Shown: piece by piece, positions 8,986 through 18,310 of the stretch
Layout of the letters: every line of letters begins with the position of its first letter
Position numbering within the stretch: the stretch's first letter is position 1
NCBI GenBank assembly: GCA_003279705.1
Contig: QCGZ01000003.1
Coordinates: 6,932 to 70,931 of the forward strand
Source of the DNA: OCS116 cluster bacterium AG-390-I16
GTDB lineage: Bacteria; Pseudomonadota; Alphaproteobacteria; MED-G09
Length of the DNA: 64,000 nucleotides
Reading direction: 5' to 3'
The notes under the pieces: model-generated
What the model was told of the DNA's origin: nothing
Seen by the model: only the letters and a program-made list of their open reading frames with translations
The model's database searches: none
Made by a program: the position numbers and the translations under genes

Positions 8986-11478
8986 ATGAGTATTGAAGTG
9001 TCTTATAAATATTTTTCTATTTTTTTAGTTTTAACTTTATTAAATAGTTGTGGGGGTGGAAATAAAAATGCTCCTGACTTAATGTCCACGACTCCAATTG
9101 AAGAGAATAATTCTTCGGAAACACCTGACACTAATAATATAATATTTATTCCAAAGGAAACATTTGAAACCCAGGAGTATAATAATCAATGGGGTTTAGA
9201 ATTTATAAATGCAGCAGATGCATATTCATTTGGTGCTTCTGGAAAAGGGGTTGTCGTTGGTGTTGTTGATGAGGCTTTAGATTGGAGCCATCATGAATTT
9301 CTTAAGGAAAATATTCTACATCCGGATAGTATTCTTACATACAGAGGCAAGAGAGAGCCTACTCCTTTAGAAAAATTTCATGGTACAGCCACAAGTGCGA
9401 TAATTGCTGGAAGAAAAGATGATGAACCTATTGAAAGAAATATGCATGGTATTGCTTATAATGCGCAGATTCTTTTTGTTGCTGTAGAGTTAGGGTCTCC
9501 ACCTGTTGATTTTGAATATAAACCTTTGGATATTGAAGCTTTTAGTTGGGAAAGGTTTGATGAGGAGGAGTCTTTATTTTATAAAGAATTATCATCAAAG
9601 ACAGATGTTATTAATAATAGCTTTGGATTTACTGGACAGATTACAGATTATAGTAAAGAAATTCTTGAGAATACTTTTCCAAAATTAATTGAAACTTTTG
9701 CCACTGAACAAGATACTATTTTCGTTTGGTCTGCAGGTAATTATAATGGGATTATTGATACTGAGGGTAGTGAGGTAAAAGCCTCAGATCCAGGAGTTTT
9801 AGCTGGCTTAAGTTATTATTTCCCAGAATTAAAGAAAAATAATGTAGCTGTCGTTGCTGTTGATAGAGAGGGTGATATTGCAGACTTTTCAAATCGCTGC
9901 GGTGTTGCAAGTGAATTCTGTATTGCTGCACCAGGTGTAAGAGTGCCGTTAGCAATTCCTAATAATTTATTTAATTCACTAACTGAAGACCAAAAAGCTA
10001 GTTTTAATCAGAATGTTTTAGACTATTTAGAAAGTCATCCTACGGAAGCATATTTATTAGGTTCTGGAACATCTTTTTCTGCTCCTCATGTAACAGGCGC
10101 AATAGCTGTTTTAAAAGAGCTTTTTAATGACAACTTGTCGAGTATTCAGATATTAGAGCGCTTATTTAATACCGCAAATAAAGAAGGAAAATATTCTAAT
10201 AAAGAAATTTATGGACAAGGACTTCTAAATTTAAAGACAGCATCTTCACCATTTGGCTCAACTCTTTTCTATACTGGATCAAATATTTATTCAGAGAGCT
10301 TAACAACAATAAGTTCACATACGTCTATATCAAAGTCTTTTGGCGATGGACTGAAAAATAGTTTGGGTAAAACTAAATTATCAGTTTTTGATGCATTAGG
10401 CGCTCCTTTCTCTATGCAGGTAAGCTCTTTTATAAAAAACAAAATTCCATCGTCAAATACAATGGAAAGATTATTTAATTTTAAAGAAAAGAAATATGGT
10501 TTTATCTCTTCAAACGGTTTTGAATTTTATTCTTCTTGGAAAAGATTTCTTACTTCAACTGGTGTGGAGATGAACAAAATTGATTTTGCAGAAATAAATT
10601 TCCATAAAAAAAATTCCTCATTATCATTTTCATATGGAAAAAACCCATCAGCATTTTTTCTTGATACTTCTGAAGAGTTATTAATTTATAAAAGCTTTTA
10701 TGATAAAGGGGCTTTTATAAATCCATGGCTAAATTTAGTTGAAGAAGGTTATAGCCTAGGCTTTTCTAATAAATTAAATATCTTTTATTTTGATTTAAAT
10801 ATTTTTTCAGGTTTTAAGAGAGAAGAGGATTGGTTTTTAAGACAAAGCTTTTATTTTGATAAAAGTAAAAATGAGAACAAAGGTTTTTCCCTGACGCTTA
10901 GAAATAATAATTTATCAAATTTCATGTTTGGTTATACTTTAGGTTTTTTGGAAACTAATAATGGAGTTTTTGATAATAACTTTAATGGTGCTTTTAGTAT
11001 AATTGAAGACTCGAAAAGTTTTTTTTCCTCAATTTCTTTTAAATCAGATTTGGCAAAAGAATGGAGTTTTATCGGTAGCTTAAATCTTGCCGATATTTCC
11101 AATATTAATTCAGATAAATTTATAAGAAATATTTCAGGTATAGAAGAGTTCAGTTTTGATATTGCTTTAATAAAAAAATCTTTTTTTAAAAAAAATGATT
11201 TATTGTCATTTAGAATAAAGCAAGATCCTAGAGTTGAGGATGCAAGAATATCTTTTTATTTACCAGAAGGAAGAGACCCAAGTGGGTCTATTAATTTTAA
11301 GTCAGTAAATTTACCTATAAGACCCTCTGGGCGTGAAATAAATTTAGAAACATCATGGTCATTTCAAAACGATAATAAAAAATCCTATATTAATTTAAAC
11401 TTAATAAGGGACAAAGGTCATATTAAAACAAACAATACTGAGTTAAATATTATATTTGCACATCAAAGATTTTTTTAA
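8986..11478 (+). CDS. subtilisin-like (S8) serine peptidase lipoprotein with a C-terminal beta-barrel (autotransporter-like) region
   Basis: Lipoprotein signal MSIEVSYKYFSIFLVLTLLNSC at the 8986 ATG. The catalytic triad is present: Asp (VVGVVDEAL), His (HGTATSAIIAG) and Ser (GTSFSAPHVTGA). The C-terminal ~400 aa is F/S/N-rich and ends in a terminal Phe (HQRFF), typical of outer-membrane barrels. Confidence 0.75.
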   Translation: MSIEVSYKYFSIFLVLTLLNSCGGGNKNAPDLMSTTPIEENNSSETPDTNNIIFIPKETFETQEYNNQWGLEFINAADAYSFGASGKGVVVGVVDEALDWSHHEFLKENILHPDSILTYRGKREPTPLEKFHGTATSAIIAGRKDDEPIERNMHGIAYNAQILFVAVELGSPPVDFEYKPLDIEAFSWERFDEEESLFYKELSSKTDVINNSFGFTGQITDYSKEILENTFPKLIETFATEQDTIFVWSAGNYNGIIDTEGSEVKASDPGVLAGLSYYFPELKKNNVAVVAVDREGDIADFSNRCGVASEFCIAAPGVRVPLAIPNNLFNSLTEDQKASFNQNVLDYLESHPTEAYLLGSGTSFSAPHVTGAIAVLKELFNDNLSSIQILERLFNTANKEGKYSNKEIYGQGLLNLKTASSPFGSTLFYTGSNIYSESLTTISSHTSISKSFGDGLKNSLGKTKLSVFDALGAPFSMQVSSFIKNKIPSSNTMERLFNFKEKKYGFISSNGFEFYSSWKRFLTSTGVEMNKIDFAEINFHKKNSSLSFSYGKNPSAFFLDTSEELLIYKSFYDKGAFINPWLNLVEEGYSLGFSNKLNIFYFDLNIFSGFKREEDWFLRQSFYFDKSKNENKGFSLTLRNNNLSNFMFGYTLGFLETNNGVFDNNFNGAFSIIEDSKSFFSSISFKSDLAKEWSFIGSLNLADISNINSDKFIRNISGIEEFSFDIALIKKSFFKKNDLLSFRIKQDPRVEDARISFYLPEGRDPSGSINFKSVNLPIRPSGREINLETSWSFQNDNKKSYINLNLIRDKGHIKTNNTELNIIFAHQRFF

Positions 11479-12354
11479 TTAAAGCAATCCAAAACCTTTT
11501 TTAATAGGATATAGATCCTCAAACTCAGGGTCTTTTTTCTCTATTTGAGCACCCAGCGCTTCCTTCATATCTACCTGTGGGTTATACATACCTGCTTGCC
11601 ACATAGCTATTTGATTAAGTCCTTCTTCAATGGTTCTGCCACGAGTATAATTAATGGCTTCTTTTGACCCCCAAATAGCAAGAGGAGATTTTTTTGAAAT
11701 TTCTTTTGCTATTTTCATTACTTCTTTCATCATATCATCGTAGTTTGGAAAAACATTATTCACTAGTCCGCAATCTTTGGCTTCATTTGAAAACATTCTT
11801 CTACCGGTGAATGCAAGCTCTTTTACTAAGCCCATTGGCAGTAAGTGAGGAAGCCTTGGGAAAGTCCCAACATCAGCAGTCATGCCTATATTAATTTCCT
11901 GGATACAGAAAAAAGCATCTTCAGTACAATATCTCATATCACTGGCTGATGCAAAATCTACTGCTCCACCAATACAACCGCCTTGTATAGCCATAAGAAC
12001 AGGAATCCTTGAGTTATCAATACAATTAAATGTTTCTTGAAGTTTAAGAAGACCTTTATAAAAACTACCTTTTTTTCTTCCTGGGTCAGTTTTTGGATTT
12101 TCCTCATTTCGAGCATTTTCTGCATCACTAAATACTGATAAATCCATTCCAGCACTAAAATGTTTACCAGTGGATGATATAACAATTACTCTTGCTAAGG
12201 CATCATGATCAATTTCATTAATAATCCTTGGTAAGTCTGACCAAAAAGATATTGGTAGACTGTTCATTTTTTCTGGTCTGTTAAGTATTATATGCGCAAT
12301 TTTATCTTGAATATCTATTTTAAAACATTCAAATTTTTCATCTGTAAGTGACAT
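11479..12354 (-). CDS. enoyl-CoA hydratase/isomerase family protein (dienoyl-CoA isomerase-like)
   Basis: Crotonase fold motifs (VIVISSTGKHFSAGMDL, QGGCIGGAVDFASASDMRY). Confidence 0.8.
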   Translation of the reverse strand: MSLTDEKFECFKIDIQDKIAHIILNRPEKMNSLPISFWSDLPRIINEIDHDALARVIVISSTGKHFSAGMDLSVFSDAENARNEENPKTDPGRKKGSFYKGLLKLQETFNCIDNSRIPVLMAIQGGCIGGAVDFASASDMRYCTEDAFFCIQEINIGMTADVGTFPRLPHLLPMGLVKELAFTGRRMFSNEAKDCGLVNNVFPNYDDMMKEVMKIAKEISKKSPLAIWGSKEAINYTRGRTIEEGLNQIAMWQAGMYNPQVDMKEALGAQIEKKDPEFEDLYPIKKGFGLL

Positions 12355-12441
12355 TTTTAATTCCTTTATCTAAAAATTATAAAATACTATCTTGATAGTT
12401 AATTTCTAGCATGTTTTTGTATGTTTTTTTAGGAGAAAATT

Positions 12442-13296
12442 ATGACAATTGATTATGATAAAATTATGTCAATGAAAACCAATGATGTTGAGTACTCATA
12501 TACTGATAATGATACAATGCTTTATGCTCTTGGGGTTGGTTTTGGAAGAGATCCTCTAAATAGAGAAGAATTAGATTTTGTCTATGAAAAAAATTTGAAA
12601 ACTATACCTTCAATGGCAACGGTAATAGCCTGGGGTGCAGGACATATGCGAGAAAGTGGAATTAATTATCTCATGGTCGTGCATGGCGAGCAAAGATTAA
12701 AAATTCATCAACCACTCCCAGTTGCTGCAAATATTTTGGTAGACTCTAAAGTAACTGATATTATTGACAAAGGAGAAGATAAGGGTGCTTTATTAATTAC
12801 CGAAGTGAACATTAAGGATAAAGAAACCGGAAGTCTTTTATGTACATTAGGTGGAACAACTTTTGCTAGAGGTGATGGAGGTTTTGGTGGACCAAAAGAG
12901 GGTGGACCAAAACCGCATGCTATTCCAGATAGAGATCCAGATATTATAAGCGAATTAAATACATCACCTGATCAAGCCCTTTTATATAGATTATCAGGTG
13001 ATAGAAATCCGCTTCACTCAGATCCAGATGTTGCAGAGGCAGCAGGGTTTCCAAAACCAATACTTCATGGACTATGCTCTTATGGAACTGCTTGCAAATC
13101 AATTATTCAAGATGTGTGTGATTATGACAGTTCATTGATTGAGCAACTTGACGTTAGATTTTCATCACCCGTATTTCCAGGTGAAAAAATTTCAACTGAA
13201 ATTTGGGTTGATGATAAAGAAATTTCATTTAGATCTTGGGTTAAAGAAAGAAATGTTATGGTAATAAATAACGGAAAGTGTGTTCTAAAAAGTTAA
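12442..13296 (+). CDS. MaoC-like (R)-specific enoyl-CoA hydratase / hot-dog fold dehydratase
   Basis: Hot-dog/MaoC signature LYRLSGDRNPLHSDPDVAEAAGFPKPILHG. Confidence 0.8.
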   Translation: MTIDYDKIMSMKTNDVEYSYTDNDTMLYALGVGFGRDPLNREELDFVYEKNLKTIPSMATVIAWGAGHMRESGINYLMVVHGEQRLKIHQPLPVAANILVDSKVTDIIDKGEDKGALLITEVNIKDKETGSLLCTLGGTTFARGDGGFGGPKEGGPKPHAIPDRDPDIISELNTSPDQALLYRLSGDRNPLHSDPDVAEAAGFPKPILHGLCSYGTACKSIIQDVCDYDSSLIEQLDVRFSSPVFPGEKISTEIWVDDKEISFRSWVKERNVMVINNGKCVLKS

Positions 13297-13586
13297 AACT
13301 TTCTGAACCTTTCTGATAAGCCTAACGCAATCATGCAAATTAGGATTAGTACTATCAGACCGTTTAATGCATCAATAAAATTAATATCTTTTGATGAATT
13401 ATTATTTTTGTTTGTATTACTAATTAAAATTTCTTTATTTGTTTGAGGCATATCAATTCCGATAATTTTTTCTGAAATTTTTACCTCATCCCCAGCTTTT
13501 TGATTATTTTTTTCGACTTCATTTAAAGAGTTATTCTCTATAGCCATATTATTTTTATTATTTATAGAGTTATTTTCCTCATCCAT
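13293..13586 (-). CDS. hypothetical small Asn-rich protein with a C-terminal hydrophobic segment
   Basis: Its composition (N/I/K-rich) is what AT-rich noncoding DNA would give in frame. It has one TM-like stretch (LIVLILICMIALGL) and sits in a 360-bp gap downstream of the hydrolase gene. It may be spurious. Confidence 0.25.
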   Translation of the reverse strand: MDEENNSINNKNNMAIENNSLNEVEKNNQKAGDEVKISEKIIGIDMPQTNKEILISNTNKNNNSSKDINFIDALNGLIVLILICMIALGLSERFRKF

Positions 13587-13657
13587 AATATTCTCCCAAG
13601 TTAACCTTAGCTCAATAACTTTAGATTCAGAAACAAATTCGAAAACTTTAGCATTAC

Positions 13658-14572
13658 TCAGACTCTATTTTTGATTTTTTTTATTTCTTTTTGAACTATT
13701 TCTGGATATTCCATTGGTAAAAAATGAGAGGAATTTTCTATTATTTTAAATGTTCCACTTGGATCTTGTTTTTTTAATAATTTAATAGCGGGTTCTTGTG
13801 TTGTAGAACCTACTTCACCTTGTAAAAGGGTAATTGGACAATGTATCTTTTTTATTGCCTCCATGGCATTATGTTTCCAAGATGAAAAAGTTGCCGCTTC
13901 CCATTCAGGATGACAAGTAAGAATATGATAATCATCTTCTGTTTTAGTTCCACCATCTATATAATCATCTAAAAAACCATCTACCCAAGTAGTAAAAGCA
14001 CCTCTTCCCTTATATGACTTTTTAATCATCTCTTTGTTAGGAAATTCTCGTCGTCGTTTTAAAGTACTATCAGCTCTTGATAGAGCTTCTTTAATAAATG
14101 GTAAGAATTTGAAGATAGGAAATTTTCTCCCAAATTTTATCAAGTTTAAATTTTTCTTTGGAATTAAAACTGGTTCAATCAAAACTAATCCTGATACAAG
14201 TTCTGGTCTAGATGCAGCCACTTGCATAATTGTTGCACCACCCATAGAGTGTCCACCTAAAATGATTGGTTTACCTTTTCTCTCAACAAAATTTTCTACT
14301 GAACGTATTAAATCATCTCTATATACTACCCAATCATACATTTTTTTTGGTATAGCCTCAGTTTCTGTAAAACCGTGACCTCTCGCATCAATTGCCCTTA
14401 TGTGAAACTCATTTGAGAGGGGTTCCAACAATTTTCTATATGCCAGAGAATTAAAACCAGTAGCATGCGAAAATTGAAAACCTGGCAATCCTTGATCATT
14501 ATTCCATTCAATGTATGAAACATTTCCATCACCAAAATTGTGAAATTTTTTTGTAAACTGTTCTTTTTTCAT
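13658..14572 (-). CDS. alpha/beta-fold hydrolase
   Basis: Nucleophile elbow GGHSMGG and the overall alpha/beta hydrolase layout. Confidence 0.75.
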   Translation of the reverse strand: MKKEQFTKKFHNFGDGNVSYIEWNNDQGLPGFQFSHATGFNSLAYRKLLEPLSNEFHIRAIDARGHGFTETEAIPKKMYDWVVYRDDLIRSVENFVERKGKPIILGGHSMGGATIMQVAASRPELVSGLVLIEPVLIPKKNLNLIKFGRKFPIFKFLPFIKEALSRADSTLKRRREFPNKEMIKKSYKGRGAFTTWVDGFLDDYIDGGTKTEDDYHILTCHPEWEAATFSSWKHNAMEAIKKIHCPITLLQGEVGSTTQEPAIKLLKKQDPSGTFKIIENSSHFLPMEYPEIVQKEIKKIKNRV

Positions 14573-15451
14573 TTAGAGATTTCTGTACCAATTTGATATT
14601 GCCTCGCCAATTTCTTTTGGCGAGTCTTCTTGAATAAAATGGTTTCCCTTAACAGTCAATTCTTGTTGATTTTTCCATTTTCTACAAAATTCTCTTTGTT
14701 TTCCTATTAAAATAGATCCAGGATCAGCATTTATAAATAATTTAGGTATATCATTAATAGACATCCACGATGAATAATCTTCTACAATTTTACATACATC
14801 CTCTGGTTCATTGTTTATTGGAATTTGTCTTGGCCAATCCAATGTAGGTCGTCTATCAATTTCTTCTAAAAAGGGTCTTCGATAAACATCCATTTCTATT
14901 TCTGTTAAATTTCGAATAATTGCATTTGGAAGAATCCCCTCAATAAATAAATTCTTTTTCAAAATTAAATTCTCCCCTGCATCTGACCTAAATCCTTGAA
15001 AAATTGATTTTGCATCTTTGGGCCAATCATCCCAGGTGATATTTTTTACAATTGCCTCCATATAGCATATTCCTTTGATATCTTGTTGATGCTCATAAGC
15101 CCAATTAAAACCTAAAGCAGAACCCCAATCATGAATAACAAAAGTAATATTTTTATTTATTTCTAACTCTTCCATGCATGCATCAAAATATTTTTTTTGA
15201 ACATTGTAGGAATAGGTATTGTTGCCCTCATCAGTAAGTTTATCACTATCCCCCATACCAATTAAATCAATTGCTATGCATCTACCTTGATTTTCCAAAT
15301 ATGGAATAATATTTCTCCAAAGATATGAAGATGTAGGATTACCATGTTGAAAAATGATTGGATCACCTTCACCATTTTCAACATATGACATATTTTTTCC
15401 AAGAACCTTGATATTCTTTTTTTCAAGTTCCTGATCAGATATTTCTATCAT
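14573..15451 (-). CDS. haloalkane dehalogenase (alpha/beta hydrolase, DhaA/DhmA-like)
   Basis: Hallmark FQHGNPTSSYLWRN N-terminal motif and the VIHDWGSALG nucleophile elbow with Asp. The ATG at 15451 (MIEISDQ) has an AAAGGA Shine-Dalgarno and abuts the stop of the upstream gene. Confidence 0.85.
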   Translation of the reverse strand: MIEISDQELEKKNIKVLGKNMSYVENGEGDPIIFQHGNPTSSYLWRNIIPYLENQGRCIAIDLIGMGDSDKLTDEGNNTYSYNVQKKYFDACMEELEINKNITFVIHDWGSALGFNWAYEHQQDIKGICYMEAIVKNITWDDWPKDAKSIFQGFRSDAGENLILKKNLFIEGILPNAIIRNLTEIEMDVYRRPFLEEIDRRPTLDWPRQIPINNEPEDVCKIVEDYSSWMSINDIPKLFINADPGSILIGKQREFCRKWKNQQELTVKGNHFIQEDSPKEIGEAISNWYRNL

Positions 15452-15452
15452 T

Positions 15453-16238
15453 TTATTTTCCTTTAAATTCAGGTTTTCTTTTTGAGGTAAAGGCTTCAAT
15501 TCCTTCCGGACCATCCACACCCTTTAATTGTTCAGAGAAGATCTGAGATTCCAGTTCCATTTGCGTTTCTAAGCCATTAGAAAAACTTTGTCTTAGCATT
15601 TCTTTAACACCGCCGAACGCTTTAGTAGGTCCTTTCGCAATCTTTATGGCAAGTTTGTTTGTTTCACTAATTACATCTTCATCATTCACAACTTTATTTA
15701 TCAATCCCCAGTCAAGTGCTTCTTTGGAAGATAAAACTCTATTAGTTAACATTAATTCCATTGTTCTCTTTTTCCCAATAGATCTTGGAAGGTGGAATGT
15801 TGAACTTCCGTCCGGAGTAAGGCCTGCTGCGGTATATGCAGACGAAAATTTTACATTTTCTCCGGCTATTGCCATATCACAAGCTGAAACAAGAGATAAA
15901 CCAGCACCAGCAGCTGTCCCCGTAATAGCCCCTATCATTGGTGCATCTAAATGATCAATTTTTGAAAGTGCTATATGAAGTATACCTATCATTTCAGAAA
16001 TTGCTGCCCGAAGATTTTTTTGCTCAGTCATGAATTTTAAGTCACCACCTGCACAAAATATAGGTCCTTCTCCTTGAAGAATAAGTACTCTTAATTTTTC
16101 TCCAGACTCACATCTAATAGCTACATCTAAAAGTTCTTTAACGAGAGGTATAGTAATAGCATTAGCCGAATTTGGTCTATTGAGAGTTATCCTTCCAATA
16201 TTATCTTCAACATCAAACTTTAAGTTTTCATACTTCAT
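15453..16238 (-). CDS. enoyl-CoA hydratase (crotonase family)
   Basis: ILQGEGPIFCAGGDLKFM oxyanion-hole motif and GAITGTAAGAGLSLVSACDMAIA. Confidence 0.85.
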   Translation of the reverse strand: MKYENLKFDVEDNIGRITLNRPNSANAITIPLVKELLDVAIRCESGEKLRVLILQGEGPIFCAGGDLKFMTEQKNLRAAISEMIGILHIALSKIDHLDAPMIGAITGTAAGAGLSLVSACDMAIAGENVKFSSAYTAAGLTPDGSSTFHLPRSIGKKRTMELMLTNRVLSSKEALDWGLINKVVNDEDVISETNKLAIKIAKGPTKAFGGVKEMLRQSFSNGLETQMELESQIFSEQLKGVDGPEGIEAFTSKRKPEFKGK

Positions 16239-16311
16239 AATTATTCCTTAAAAAGATTATTTTTATAAATCATTTTATAGAGGTCAATTAATTAATTTAT
16301 TTATTTATGTA

Positions 16312-17613
16312 TTATCTAGCTTCAGCTTCAAGAGGTAAGAATAATTTTGAGGCATTATAAAAACATAAAGCAGCTATTGGATATAAAATTATACCTAAGC
16401 TTAAAAGTGAATATCTTATCCCCGCCTGATCATAACCATTTACTTCATTAAAAATATAATCATTGAAGAATCCTAAGGCAAAAGGTCCAAGAGCAAATCC
16501 TACAACATTAGCGCTGATATAATAGATAGCTGCTGTTCTTCCTCTGAGGTTAATTGGGGAGGCATTCTGAAATGCTGCTCCATATAAACCTGGACCACAA
16601 GACATAAAGAAAATCATTCCTGCTAAACCAACTTGCGAGTAGAAGGATGAAGTTGAGAGGGTGAAAAGTAAAAGTGAAACCCATATAAGAATTACAAAAA
16701 TACCTGCAATTCTTAGGTGAGCATTAATAATGCCTCTTTCAATCATTTTACTAGCTATAATACCAGCTCCAATACTCCCTCCAATACCAAGAAAAATATT
16801 AAAGATACCAAAATTTTGACCAGCAATTGTTTTAGGAATATCGTGAACCCTTACTAGCATTTCTATTCCCCATGCTAAAACTGAGTAGCCCACTAAACCA
16901 GTTATAGTAACTCCAACAAACATTAGAAGAAAAAATTTCCATGCTTTTTTGAAAAAAGGCATAAATTCTACTTTCTCTTTTTTTTCAAGAGCAATTTGAG
17001 GGAATGGTAAAAATTTTAAAAGCAGCGCAAATATTAAACCAGGAATAGCAAATAAGAAAAAAGTTAATCTCCAATCAGAAAATTCTGACAAAAAACCCAA
17101 ATATGGTTTAATTGCATCCATATTAGTTATCATTGCAGCTCCGCCCCAGCCAGCAAGCGCAGATCCTAAAAATGGCCCAGCCCCCCAAATACCAAGGGCT
17201 AAAGGAAGTTTTTCTCTTGTAAAATATGCTGATAAAACAACCAAGGCAATTGGTCCTAATGCTGCTTCTCCAACACCAACTCCAATTCTAAAAATTATTA
17301 AATCCCAAAATTGTTGGGCTATCCCGCAGAGACCTGTTAAGAGACTCCACATTAATATTGCAAAAATAAGAACATTTTTTCGATATGGCGTATCCGCTAA
17401 TCTTCCAAAAATCAAAGTTGCTATTCCAAAAAATATTGCAAAAACTGTTCCAAATAGAAATCCTATTTGTGCATCCGTTAATAATAGCTCAGCTTTTAAT
17501 TCTGGTATCATTATGGAAGGAAGTTGCCTATCAGCAAATGAATAGGTATTAATTGCTGTAAGTAAAAAAGCTGCGGTCCATGCTAAGGTTGATGATAATT
17601 TCTGTAATGGCAT
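16312..17613 (-). CDS. MFS transporter
   Basis: About 12 predicted TM helices and an MFS-like loop motif (GRLADTPYRKNV). Confidence 0.8.
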   Translation of the reverse strand: MPLQKLSSTLAWTAAFLLTAINTYSFADRQLPSIMIPELKAELLLTDAQIGFLFGTVFAIFFGIATLIFGRLADTPYRKNVLIFAILMWSLLTGLCGIAQQFWDLIIFRIGVGVGEAALGPIALVVLSAYFTREKLPLALGIWGAGPFLGSALAGWGGAAMITNMDAIKPYLGFLSEFSDWRLTFFLFAIPGLIFALLLKFLPFPQIALEKKEKVEFMPFFKKAWKFFLLMFVGVTITGLVGYSVLAWGIEMLVRVHDIPKTIAGQNFGIFNIFLGIGGSIGAGIIASKMIERGIINAHLRIAGIFVILIWVSLLLFTLSTSSFYSQVGLAGMIFFMSCGPGLYGAAFQNASPINLRGRTAAIYYISANVVGFALGPFALGFFNDYIFNEVNGYDQAGIRYSLLSLGIILYPIAALCFYNASKLFLPLEAEAR

Positions 17614-17624
17614 TATTGCTATTT

Positions 17625-18206
17625 TTAATGCTTATAAATTGAATTTTTTGGTTTACTTAGAACTCTATGAACCATTGGCTCAAAATCATCTAATGACATT
17701 GATTCATAGTTTGGATCAAAGGCACATTGATCATATAAGTGGCAGAATTGAGCTGTATATTCAAAGTAATCATGTCCTTTAAATTGATCGCGCATATTCT
17801 TATCCAAACCTAGGTGATCAAAAAAGTAATAGCCTTGAAAAATTCCATGATGATTTAGCATCCAATGATTTTTCTCAGATACAAAAGGCTTTAAAATTGC
17901 TGCGCCTATTTCAGCATGGTTATGCGATCCAAGCATATCTCCAATATCATGCATTAGGGCGCATATAACATATTCATCATCCCTATTATCTTTATAAGCG
18001 CGAGTAGCGGTTTGTAAACTATGCTCAAGTCTGTCGACTGAAAAGCCACCATGATCATCTTTGAGTAATCTAAGGTGGTCAAGAATTCTGTATGAAAGGT
18101 TTTGATTAAATTCTCTTGCATATCCAGAGATTATACTCCAGTCCTCCTGTGTTGATGAGGCCATATCTTTGTAAGTAGCTCTATCTTTTTTAATATTTTC
18201 AGTCAT
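17625..18206 (-). CDS. HD-domain metal-dependent phosphohydrolase/oxygenase family protein
   Basis: H...HD...H...H...D ladder (LMHDIGD, SHNHAEIG, LNHHG). It could be a PhnZ/MIOX-like HD oxygenase, but this cannot be resolved by eye. Confidence 0.6.
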   Translation of the reverse strand: MTENIKKDRATYKDMASSTQEDWSIISGYAREFNQNLSYRILDHLRLLKDDHGGFSVDRLEHSLQTATRAYKDNRDDEYVICALMHDIGDMLGSHNHAEIGAAILKPFVSEKNHWMLNHHGIFQGYYFFDHLGLDKNMRDQFKGHDYFEYTAQFCHLYDQCAFDPNYESMSLDDFEPMVHRVLSKPKNSIYKH

Positions 18207-18310
18207 GATTATCCCCTAATTCAACAATATTAAATTATTTTATTATTAATTCAAACATTTATAAAAATTAAAATGTTTTTTATTCTTTTTTTTTATAGTA
18301 GATATTTCAA

